From positions 620,001 to 684,000 of the forward strand of contig CP142737.1 of assembly GCA_036630325.1 (NCBI GenBank): a stretch of DNA of 64,000 bases. The letters run 5' to 3'. The notes beneath the pieces were generated by a model. That model worked only from the letters and a program-made list of their open reading frames with translations, was not told the origin of the DNA and did no database searches. Shown here in pieces: positions 1-11,466 of this stretch. This DNA is from Vairimorpha necatrix. Its lineage: Eukaryota. How positions within the stretch are numbered: position 1 is the stretch's first letter; each line of letters opens with the position of its first letter. A program made the position numbers and the translations under genes.

Positions 1-716
1 CGAAATAAGAACTGATCCCGGTAAGACTTTATCTCCTATTATCTTTGTTAAAAAATTTATCTTTCGATCCGGAACTTGTACTATACAATTTTTTTTTCTA
101 TCTACAGCTTCTATTAACCCCAAAATCCATGCAGTATCTTTAATTCCATCATCTGCTCTAGATGGAACTCTAATAGTTCCTCTTCTACAAAGTACAGTTT
201 CATCAACTTGAACTCCCGATCCACCGATTTCGCAATCGGTTTAAAATTTCTTTCTAATATATTCCCTCAATTTAAGCTTTATTTTTAAAATAGTGTCATT
301 TGACACACACGTTAAACATTTAATTAATCTATAATTGCTGTTACAAAGGACCAAGAACAAAACAAAAAGATAAATTTCAAATGATAATGTAATGCTAGGT
401 AAAAAGCTGTTTTTTGCCCTGCATTGTTGTCTCATACACCTATAAACTAATCTTTCCTTTCCCCTTTCCAATAATATTGTAAGCTTTGCAACAACATGAT
501 CACAAGAACCACATCGTCTAATCAAATTAATAATTCCAGTCTCTATCATGTAGTCTTTACATATGGCAAGACTGGAAAACAAAGGATGTCTAAAATTATA
601 AAAGTTTCTTTTTGTCATTTTTGGGGCTTTTTTTTAAAAAAAAAATAAAAATTATTAAATTTTTGCTTTTCTCCGTTTTGCTCCCTAAAAAATGGGGCAG
701 CAAAACGGAGAAGACC
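1..716 (-). mobile_element. Merlin/ISXO2-like DNA transposon, truncated by the window edge; transposase interrupted by a stop at 241
   Basis: ORF 241..618 has a Cys-rich N-terminus. It continues below 240 as IGGSGVQVQVDETVLCRRG...WILGLIEA, the start of an ISXO2 DDE domain. The terminus ...CAAAACGGAGAAGACC at about 716 has an inverted copy at about 669-685. Confidence 0.8.
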
Positions 717-1229
717 CTATAAAGCGATGTATATTGCATAAGAAAGCGACTAATCACAACGATACATCAATTCACGTCATGTAAATCTATAGTATTATAT
801 GTAGCGAGCTCAGGTAGGGTGTTACCCGAGCCGGCCTGATTCTCCAATTTTTCTTATTTTTTTTAGATCATTTACTTATTTTAATTTTATGAATTATATT
901 TTCATAATTTTATACCGTACTGATCAGTAATTATTTTTCAGAAAACTTTTTTCATTTTAGCACGTAATTTCACGCATATGCGACTCGGACTAGATGTTTG
1001 CAGGACAAAACCACTGAGCTAAACAGCCTAGTAATAAATAATATTAGAATATTAAAATCGAGTATAAGTTATTTATAAAATAATTTTTTATCCCTTCATT
1101 AAAGGGATCAAAACTCAAGAAGAGTACGATCTTCTTGTTGAATTACTACAAGGAGAAATTTGTTACAATCTTCGACAAACAAGTAGGTTATAACCAAAAA
1201 GAGCCGAAAAGTTCCTTTTTGTAGATAAT

Positions 1230-3050
1230 ATACTTTTTCTGAGAGATTTATTCTGGCTTGCACGAAGGGTAGTTGTGAGAGTATAATATAGTCCATGAAA
1301 TTGGAAATACAAACACAACATAGTAAGTATCAAAATGCACACAATAGTTTATATAGGTTGTGTCAGTAATTCTACTTCAATTTCCCCGGAAGCCTTGTGC
1401 GAGAGGGTTGCAAAAGTGCAATATTTGTTCACAGGCACAACCTACAAAACAAAGGAATCCTACAAGCATTAATAACCAAACCCCTCTTTGTGGGGGTTAT
1501 GTCGACCAAAACAAAGGGCAAATTTGGCTACTAACCGCTATAGATGTATATTCTAAGTATGCATTTATAAGTGTTGGAAATATAAAACGGCCTCAGAAGT
1601 TTTACTACATTTGAAAGATAATTTTAATCGATATTTCTTCGTAGTAAACTTCAGTTTGTTATGGTAAAGAATTCAAAAATTCACTTTTTTCCGAATTCTG
1701 CGAGCAGAATCAATTTTTACTAGTCCATGGCAGACCCAGGTATTCTCGGAGTCGAGGTCAAGTTGAGAGATTTATTCAATTCTCACTCGATACTTGCAAA
1801 AACATCTCTACGTAGAATTTGGTTCAAATAATATAAATTAGACCTTATTAATCGACACAATTGTTTTTCAATACAACATCGCAGCATATTTTGCAACAAA
1901 AAATCTCCATTTAATTTATTTTATAAAAAACGGGATACAATACTTGTAAAAGCAGTAACAACGAAGAAGACTTATATTTTAAGTTTAGGCGAAAAATAGA
2001 TCTATGTAGACGAAAAAACATCTCTTAAGAATGAACAAAAAAAATTGTCCAAAATTCTATCAATGATTTTATTATAGGCGATAATGTTATGTATAAAAAG
2101 GATTTCGATGCTAACTCACAATCGAAAAAGTTGAAATTCTCTTCATTTTTTTAAGCGGGAGATGTAACAAGGGTGCCCTTAGCACAGTGGTAGAATGCTA
2201 TGCTTCCATTGAGCAGTGGCTGGGTTCGATTCCCAGGGGCACCAAAATTGTTTCTACTTTCTATGATGCAGTTGGAACAACTCAGATGATGAAAATGTCC
2301 ACGGTAATCATTAAGTTGATTCAATGAAACTTCTGTGTGTCCAGCCACAAGGGGATTAGCATCTAGTGTAGAAACGCACCTCAAGGCCAAAAAGCAGTAT
2401 CGCCCTTTGGTGACTTAATGATACATAAAAGTATCTAATGGGTACGGCCTAGTTGGAGCCCATGGCTGGTGCACTCTAGAGTGGGATCCTAGAGCTAACT
2501 AAGAGACTAGACGAAGTAGGGCAATAGAAGGTCTCGTGGACCCTATCCTACATGATTCTGTAACACGGTGGCCGAAACTAGTGGGAGACTGGTGGTCAAC
2601 GCAGCCCAATAAAAACGCCGGGCTGGGGATGTGGTCGTGTAAGGAGCCGTGTGTGCAATACGGATGATTGTAGGGACCTTTGAGTCAGTACGATGATGTC
2701 TCTCCTCGGGTTATAGATAACCATGCCCGTTAAGTATATCCGCTGTGAGGTCACTCTGGACGCGATTTGAGGTATAAATGGAAAGTGTTCTCCTGGAGCC
2801 AAAGTCCAATGGATACGGCGGAGCTTGCTGCACCGGCAAGTGTATGGAGGGAGTTTTAGTGAGTAAGAATCTCACAGTACCAGTTGGATAAGGATCACAC
2901 CCAAATCCCTCTGGTCCCTATGTAAGGTTTCTCCCTACCTCTTACTTGCAAGAAAAAAAAAAGAGATGTAACAGCAATTTTGTCTAATAATCAGCTAAAA
3001 GTTAAGTATAATGATTCTGAAGAAATTGTGTCGATAATATGGTGAAAAAA
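1230..3050 (+). pseudogene. Decayed Ginger2/KRBA2-like (rve-type) integrase, interrupted by a SINE
   Basis: Frameshifted fragments KCNICSQAQP, WLLTAIDVYSKYAF and GKEFKN...HGRPRYSRSRGQVERF resemble the DNGREF...HGKPRHSQSQGSVER motif. Boundaries are approximate. Confidence 0.65.
2170..2962 (+). mobile_element. tRNA-Gly-derived SINE, about 790 bp, with A-tail
   Basis: tRNA-like head 2172-2244: A box TAGCACAGTGG, CTTCCAT anticodon loop, B box GGTTCGATTCC, acceptor stem GGTGCCC/GGGCACC. A-tail 2950-2962. 11-bp TSD GAGATGTAACA at 2159-2169 and 2963-2973. A second copy lies at about 17294-18066. Confidence 0.9.
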
Positions 3051-4394
3051 TTTTAATAAATAGTAAAGCTTTGATATATTAAGTTATCATTCTTTAAATA
3101 TATTTTTAAATTTAAACATGGAATTTTTTTTCAGCACAGTTTATTATTCCATACTAACGTTAATTTAATTAAATATAAACAAAGATGTGCCAATAGTATA
3201 TTGAACAGATAGAAACGCTTGAATGCAGTAATATTTTTGCTGTTTTTTTTTGTACAAATAATTTTATTAAAGCTATCTAGATCATAACCTTGATTTATAT
3301 TGTTTAAGGTTAGACGTTGACATTCTTCTTTTATTTCGTAAATTATATTTTTATTTTTTTGACAATTACAACCATTAAAAAAGTCCGTGAGAATTGAATT
3401 GGTCTATGTAAACAGGTTGTACATATATATATATATATAGTTTTGCTGGTAAAATAAACGAATTTTAATTTTTAACTAACAATTTTTGCGATGAAAATAT
3501 TAGATATTATTTAAAATGGGCATGTAAATTAAAATATTCAAATATAAATTTTGATAGAAAATATGTAATTTTTTATTCTAATATACTAAATAAAAAAAAA
3601 AATTTAAAAATATGATAATAAAAGTAAAGAAAATTTTCAGGAATAATGTATTTTTTTATTATTTTTTAGATTAAATTAAAATTTGAGTTTTATCCACATA
3701 AGTTTTTGTGATAAACATGTTAAACAACTCTAATTAGCATTTTAGATCCTTACTTTTGGGTATTTTTTAAAAAGAAAAATTTCATTTTTCTGGTAATCAG
3801 CTGGGCTCGCGACATTACATGCTAAAATAAGTAGAAACCATACAGTTTGGAAACGTATAGCTACGAATAGATTGTAGTACGAGTTAAAAGAGTTTATTTC
3901 CAAGTATAAATGTACAAAACATGCCGTACATACTAATTGACAAATTTAGAAACTATACTGCTTTCTAAAGGTAGACTACCAGTTTTGATATTAGGCATGC
4001 AACAGGAAACAGCCTTAATGAATAGGATTTTAAGGCAATCACGTGACTTCGTTCATAAATACGAGCTATAATTTGTTCCTTTGCAATGATTTTAATAATA
4101 TAGTGTTCATTATAGCGCATACAATAAGAGTTTTGGTTAGAATATAGATGAAAACATATATTTAATGAAAAATTCAAATAATAAAAACGTATGAAACCCA
4201 TTATCAAGCAGAATGTGTTGGATACATATAAATAAGGACTATTTGCTTCATAATGAGCGTATATATGAGCAAAATTTCTAACTGATTTTGGAGAATATGA
4301 CCGTAATCATTAAAAAGTAAAATCTTAATGAAAAATTTGCCAGATAATTTATTTATAGGGTGTTTTGCGCCTTCAATCGATTACTCTAAAAAAC

Positions 4395-6676
4395 GGTGTC
4401 CGGAGAATTCACCGACCATCAATTCACCGACATCAATTCTCCGAAAGCAATTCACCGAAAATCAATTCACCGACAACAAATTCACCGAAAAATTGAAATA
4501 TGTATTTTTTATGGGTATATTTATGATATACATATTTAATTTAAATTTTTTTTTGTATGGATCATAAATATTGTGCAAAATAGCATTTGAATATTACTAT
4601 ATTTATATCACTAAATAAATTACAAAATAGAAAAAGTATCAAAATGTTCATTAAAAATTAATCTGAAAAGAAAGATTATGAAACAACGCGACAACAATTC
4701 CTCAAAATTATGACATATAATGTACTAGTATACTTGTAACATTAATGTTTTTACATTGCATTGGGGTGTAATGTTCTATCTAGACATATTGTAATAAAGT
4801 CTCATCCAATTCGATACCAAAGTGTAATGAAGGTATCTTAGGCACAATTGGTAAGGCGCAGGTTTGCGAAGAAAGATCTATACTTTACTTAAAATGGCAC
4901 AACTCTTTTTAAACATTTTAACATTTTAATTCTGAACCCCTAATTTCAATAATGCAGATCGAATATTTACTCTCAGAAAAGGGGAAGAAAAAATTAATTT
5001 TAGAAGGTCATCTTTTCTTTAAAGAAAAAGATGTTTGGGAACTATCTAAAATATATTGGAAATGTGAATACTATCAAAAGTACAAGTGCAAGTGTAGAGT
5101 GATTACAATGTCTAATGGGAAAATTAAAGTGTTTGGCGAACACAACCATTCGGGAGATGCTGCTAAAGTCGAAGCCGATAAAATATATGCTAATGTTCGA
5201 GCCTTGGCAAAAAGCTCTAGAGAAGCGCCACAATCTATTATATCAGATTGTTTATCTCGATGCAGCCATGCTGCAGCTCCAAAATTGCCATCGATTGACA
5301 ATATGAAGCGTAGCGTTCGGTATATCGACAAATTGCAGAAACTAGCCCCGCACTCCAAAATTCGCGGCAAGAAATTACATTCACAGATGAATTCAAAGAA
5401 ACGACAAGAGGGGAAACCTTTTTGCTATATGATTCTGGACCAGATGAAAACAGAATTTTAATTTTTTCGACGACTCACAATTTACGGCTTTTGGCAGATA
5501 GTCAACACTGGTACGCAGATGGCACCTTTAAAACCGTACCATTATTATTTCATCAACTGTACACAATTCACGGGCTAAAACAAAGTGCTTCTATTCCCTT
5601 GGTCTTCGCTTTATTGCCAAATAAATTAGAGCAAACGTATTCTAAATTTCTTTGCACTTTAAAAGAGTTGGAACCATCATTAAATCCGCAATCCATAACT
5701 GTAGATTTTGAAAAGGCCATGATTAATGCTATTTCAGTACAGTTTCCTGGTGCAAGTGTAAAAGGATGCTTTTTTCATTTCTCAAGTGCATTTTTCGAGC
5801 CGTTCAAAATCATGGACTCAAACTACTGTACAATACAGATCCAGAATTTGCACTGCAAATAAGATCGCCGGCCGCCATAGCATTTGTACCTTCCAATTTT
5901 GTTGTTGAAGTTTTTGAAGAATTGTCTGACAGAATACTGCCCATCGAAGCTCTGCCCGTCTTAGATTATTTTGAAGATACTTGGATTGGCCGCCCAAACC
6001 GAAGACAGCGTCGAGCCCCGAAATTTGCATCAGAGATATGGAATATGTACTCCAGAACAATAGATGGTCTACCGAGGACTAACAACTCGGTCGAAGGTTG
6101 GCATCGTGGGTTCGAGTCGCAAGCTGGTGGTACTCACCTGAATATTTGGAAGTTTATCAATTGCTTTAAAAAGGAACAATCTCTAAATGAAGTTCGAATA
6201 GAACAATTTTTGTCTGGTTTTAATGCTCCTACGTCTAAAAAAAAATATCGCGATTGTAGAACGAGACTTCTAAATATAGTGTCCAATTTTAATCGAGAAA
6301 ATATTATAGAATATATTCGTGCCATTGCCCATAATCTGACATTTTAATAATAAATTATTAGATTTTTATGTTTTCTATTATTTTTAATTAGTTTTTTATG
6401 TTTATGATCATTTTGATACTTTTTCTATTTTTTAATTTATTTAGTGATATAAATATAGTAATATTCAAATGCTATATTGCACAATATTTATGATCCATAC
6501 AAAAAAAAATTTAAATTAAATATGTATATCATAAATATACCCATAAAAAATACATATTTCAATTTTTCGGTGAATTTGTTGTAGGTGTTTTTGTTGGTCG
6601 GTGAATTGATTTTCGGTGAATTGATTTTCGGTGAATTGCTGTCGGTGAATTGATGTCGGTGAATTCTCCGGACACC
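4395..6676 (+). mobile_element. MULE (Mutator-like) DNA transposon with long TIRs
   Basis: TIRs of about 250 bp start GGTGTCCGGAGAATTCACCGA and contain tandem ~15-bp AATTCACCGA subrepeats. They enclose a FLYWCH plus MULE transposase. No clear TSD. Confidence 0.92.
4952..6347 (+). pseudogene. FLYWCH-domain MULE transposase with two frameshifts
   Basis: ORFs 4952..5461 (YWKC...C...HNH), 5422..5862 (WYADGTFK, QLYTIH, VDFEKAM, GCFFH) and 5766..6347 (RTNNSVEGWH). Confidence 0.9.
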
Positions 6677-8153
6677 GGTTTTGAGAACATCGAAAGCGTT
6701 ATTTTTAAGTTCCCCCAATTTAACATTTTGTCTTTCTTAAATAAATTATTCAACATCGTGAAAAACTAAAAAACCCAGGAATTTTTTTTACATAAAATCA
6801 ACAAAACCATAAAAATTTTGCAATGATCTTCTATCGTAAGGCAATTTATTTTAAAGATACCCTAGCTGCCTTTTATTTTTTTTAATTTTATTATTTTCTA
6901 TAATATATTCTTAAAATTCAACCGTTTTATTTTTGTTAATAGTTTTATTTACAGTTAACTTTAAGTATTTTTCTTTAAACTTTCCGTTGTAATCATAATG
7001 TTCTATTCAAGAATCCTTTAGTTGTTCAAAAACTACGATATATCAACATAAGTGCAATACCTTTTACTAATATAATCTTGTCAAACATCATTCAAATTTT
7101 TTTGAAATGTGGCCGACAGACTTTAAATCTTATTCCATTATATTATATTCTTACAAAAGAAGTTTATTCTAAAGCTGTCTTATTCTGATAATTCTATCTA
7201 AAGAACAATCTTTTGAGTCCAACTTTGAAAAAATTTTATGATCTACAAATTTAAATAGAAATTTTATGATCGAAAGCTTGTGTTTGTTTTGATCTGCTGA
7301 CTTATAGAGCGCAAACGAACTTGTTTTTTCCAGCAAAGATTTTTATTGTCTTATAACTGGCCCAAGATTGTCTAGCCACGTAGATCTTGATATACGAATA
7401 TATTTTTTCTTTGAAACTTTTCTATCTTGAGGGATAAGGCCGCTCTTAATTGCTGTTGCAATACATACACCTTAAGCGACATTCAGCTCATAGTGGCTTT
7501 AAATTGATATATACTGTTTTTTTTGCTTTGAAAGATTTCTTGTTAACTCTCGCTTTCTAAATAATACAGGAATTTAGCGACCTGTAGCAAACTAAAGAGT
7601 TCTCTTGGATTTATATTGACCATGTATTTAAATTCTAACTCTACTTTGCCTCTAACTTGAAATTCTTCATCTAAACACGTAAAAAACTGCAGGCCTTTTT
7701 TCTTCGTAGCACTCGTAATTTTAATTCTTTAAAGCAGATTCTGAATTAAAATTGAAACTAGAACCAAAATCAAAACAACCGGCACCTACTTTCCCATTAA
7801 CATAAGCGTATTTGTTTTTATTAGCGTAAAGCGATGTCTTTTGTTTTAATATTGTGTCATCGAATCACGAAATTGTTACTTCTTTTGTTTTTTAATTTAT
7901 TTCAATATTTAACAAAAATGTATTTTCTAGAAATTTTTACTTTAAAATAAAAAATATTCAAAGAAGGGGACATTAAAATGGAAAGGAACAGAGATCATCA
8001 TATGACATTACAACTAATATGGGAACCACAAAGATGATCCCAACATAAATAAAACAGTTTAATACAAATCTACATTCGATCCCTATTGGAGCAATATTTT
8101 CGTTTTAGCTCCCTCACTAGAGGGTAACACAAATATCTATTGAGTATTGAATA

Positions 8154-8520
8154 CCGGGGTTTCCGGGTTATAAGATCCACCCATAGAAAAGACCATGGAT
8201 TTTTTCTATTGTTATAAAATATTTGAAATTTCTTTTAAAATTTTTTGAAACTTTAACCCCATGAAAAAAATCTTAAAGCTAAAAGAAAAAACAGAAGGAT
8301 TACAAAATTTGCGTGAAAACAATGGCAACATAAGTATGACTACTTTAAAGTTGCAAATTACTGGGAAAATTTAAGGGTTTCTTTTTTATATTAATTTTTT
8401 ACCATTTGGGTTAAGGTGGATCCTATCTATAGGTGGATCTCTTCTACTAGTATAAAAATACCAATTTAAAAAGTCGTAAAATTCGACTTTGGGGTGGATC
8501 TTATAACTCGAAACCACTGC
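8154..8520 (+). mobile_element. Non-autonomous pogo-like deletion derivative (MITE-like)
   Basis: Starts TA|CCGGGGTTTCCGGGTTATAAGATCC and ends GGATCTTATAACTCGAAACC.. |TA. The internal sequence matches the 5' and 3' ends of the pogo element at 33872-35395. Confidence 0.75.
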
Positions 8521-9358
8521 TACTATCTCATGTACTTCCAACTTTAAACAGTGCCTTTATTTCTTTTCCGGAAAAGGCAACTTGTAGAAACATGTCTTGG
8601 GCTTTTACAAAAGAATCAGGTTGAGATTTCTTGGTGTTTCTTATAAGCTTAAGTATTCAAAAAAAAACTGAGTCGGGGGTTCCCACTTCTTCAATATTTC
8701 AAAAAATTCTCCATTTGCTCCATTTTTACTAGGTAAAAGCATTTTTATGAGTTTATTTTTGCAGTTAATGGCGAGTTTTGAAATTTTTCACTTTTTTCTC
8801 AATACTTAATTCTGTACACAATGAAATCGTTATTTATAAAGGCTTAAACAGACTAAATATTTTTTTTGTTTCTTTGAGCAAAGGTGATCTTTAAAAATTT
8901 ACTTACTAAACTTCCATGGCTATCTTTCTTTAATCTTCATAATTAAAACATGGTTTTCAATAGTTTGCAAATTCTTCTGAGTAACAATTTAGATGTTTAT
9001 ACTAAATATCTGATCAACTCATCCATTTTGATTTCTTTATTCTTTTTATCCATCTACTAAGAACCTCTTCTCTTTATATTTCAGTATTATGTTATTTTTT
9101 CGTTCATATTCTCCACCATATTTATTTGTGAATCTATCGGGGATATAAAAACATTTATTTTGATATTTAACAATCACAAATAATAATATACACGGCATAA
9201 TATAACCTCAAAACGTATTGAAAGATTATTTTTGAGATCACATGAGAAATTATCTGTAAGCTTTACCCTTGTATTTAGCATCAGAGAAAAATAAAATACA
9301 TAGTTATGAAATTTTATTCTAACAAATTTTACGCTTTTTACAATTATAATAATATTTA

Positions 9359-9707
9359 TGGCGTGTTTACCGGGAGCTTGCCAGTGGCAAGAAAGCATTC
9401 AATAATGCTACGGGTTGGTATGCTGTGAACCCCGGAGTTTAGATTGATGAAAGGAAAAGATTGTTTATTGTTATAAATAGAATTTGGCTTTTTTGAATTA
9501 TAGAAGGAAGAATGTTTCTCAGTATCGAAGAATGATGTACCATGTTGTTTATGGAATTTCTTTATTTATATTTTATAGTAACCAATAGAAGGAAGTTAGA
9601 TTGACCTGACCAATAATATCTGGCCATTACTAACCGCTCCGTAATCATCAGCGTTTTATTTTTATTTGGTAATGTAGAAATCAAGTGGTATGATCCATTA
9701 TACCACA
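9359..9707 (-). repeat. Solo LTR of the family at 37717-40406
   Basis: 349 bp, TG...CA, alignable along its length to LTRs 37717-38064 and 40059-40406. No clean TSD. Confidence 0.88.
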
Positions 9708-10634
9708 TTTGCTTTAAAATTTCAAAAAAAATTTAAAATTTACTTAAAACAAATAAAATTTTTAAAAACACATAAACAAAACTTGTAAATTATATAGCCG
9801 GTCCAGTTTTTCCAACTTCTACCATAAGAATTATGTATTTGTATACTTTCCATAACACTTTTTTGCCTTCAGTAATTCCTTATATTTATAGTATATTGGT
9901 TTCTTTATTCTTTTAGGTTAAAAATCCTGGCTTCTAAGATCGGTTTTCAGCATTGTCAATATTATTTGAGAGGGCAGATCTAAAATAACTATTCTCATAT
10001 TTTCGATTTTTTAATCCGATATTTTTACCTGAAATGGCCCGGTAAATGTTCATATTTTTTTCATATTAATAAGAGAAACATTAAAAATGTCTGGATTTTT
10101 TTGTAATTAAAGATTTATTTATTTTAAATCAAAAATAAAAAATATACGTCAAATTTATTTTTTATAAATTCATAAATAGTAAAAGAAATGTAAAGACTAA
10201 TGATTTTATTTAGATATCCATACAGAAAAACTGTAAACTTAGATAAAAAAAACTTAAAGTTTAATAGTTAAAGGTAATTTTAATTTATTATACATTATTA
10301 AAACATCATACGCCAGTCATTTTGACCATTCTCGTTTTAACTAACGATGAAACAAAAACAAAATAAACGGAAATATGCAGTAAAAAGAAAATTAAATCTA
10401 TTAAAATAATAAATTTTTTAAAATATCTTTAAAATCTTTTATAAAAATCAAGCTTTAAAATGTTTTATAAAGAAAGTATAGTATGAGTCACAATGTATTG
10501 TATGATTTTTTAGTGTTTATAGGGCTTATTGTATTTAATTTCTCCGGTTTACTATAGAATGATCTTTATTTCAATAAAATACAAAAAAATTAATTTATTT
10601 TAATATAAAACTAGTTCAAAACCTTCACCCAAAA

Positions 10635-10928
10635 ATGCTGATTCCAACCTTATTATTTTATATACAATGTATCATGAATTTAACTCCAAGGGAAATTGAA
10701 AAATTGTTACGTCTTCAAAGTCGATATCTATTGGCAAAACAAAAAATCAAAGAAGTTAAAAAAGAAATTAAGGTATACAGAAGCCGAATAACAGGTAATA
10801 ATAAACAAAAGCGCGATGCAAAAGAGAGAGGAAAAAACTACAAAAAAAATGGGGAAATGAAAATGGGGGATTACATCATACGATTGATAGGTTACTTCAT
10901 TTCAATTTTGTCGCAAAAAGAAAAATAG
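10635..10928 (+). CDS. Hypothetical small Lys-rich protein with hydrophobic N-terminus; possibly a host gene or pseudogene continuing into 10931..11155
   Basis: 97-aa ORF with CCC-AAAAA directly before the ATG. No recognisable domain. Confidence 0.35.
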   Translation: MLIPTLLFYIQCIMNLTPREIEKLLRLQSRYLLAKQKIKEVKKEIKVYRSRITGNNKQKRDAKERGKNYKKNGEMKMGDYIIRLIGYFISILSQKEK

Positions 10929-11466
10929 TTGTGTGTGAAAAAATAATTGAAAGAATGAACAATAAAATTACGTATTTAATCAATTATGAAGTGACAATCA
11001 CTACGATCTATTATTGTGACGGTGTGGAAAATTACAGAGAGAAAACAGAAGTAAAATTGGGGGAAATAACTGAGCATCATTTATCCATTAAAACAACCAC
11101 TACAAGACATGATAATACGATAACCAGAAATCTTAATTCGTGTTTAATTCAATAATATTGTTTCTTATTAAAATAACTAGTGTTTTGTATAATTTTTATT
11201 TCAAGTTAACCCGGAATATAGTTGTGGTATCCACCACTTAAGAACATGTCAAGAATATTAATATTTATTTGTTTGTTAACCGTATTGGTTATTCTTCTTG
11301 TTTCCTGTTCTTTATTCATCTCGTACCCCTGGATGGATAAAATGTTTAAATATTTATCGGAGGGAAAAGTATTGGACTTGGAGGGAAAGATGTCAAATTT
11401 GGAGGGAAATGTTAGTAAACATATCGTATGATATTTAGGATATCATAATCTGCCTCTCCCAACATT

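Noticed and set aside
2172-2244. Functional tRNA-Gly(TCC) gene
   Set aside because: The anticodon arm pairs poorly, and the sequence is the head of a TSD-flanked, A-tailed repeat present twice, so it is a SINE head.
2490-2585. Hammerhead-like ribozyme in the SINE body
   Set aside because: GAAAC is present but there is no intact CTGANGA core with matching stems in either copy.
4408-4495. CRISPR-like or iteron-like short repeats (also 6565-6665, 52629-52750, 54030-54170)
   Set aside because: These are tandem subrepeats within MULE and Tc1 TIRs with no unique spacers and no cas genes, in a eukaryotic context.
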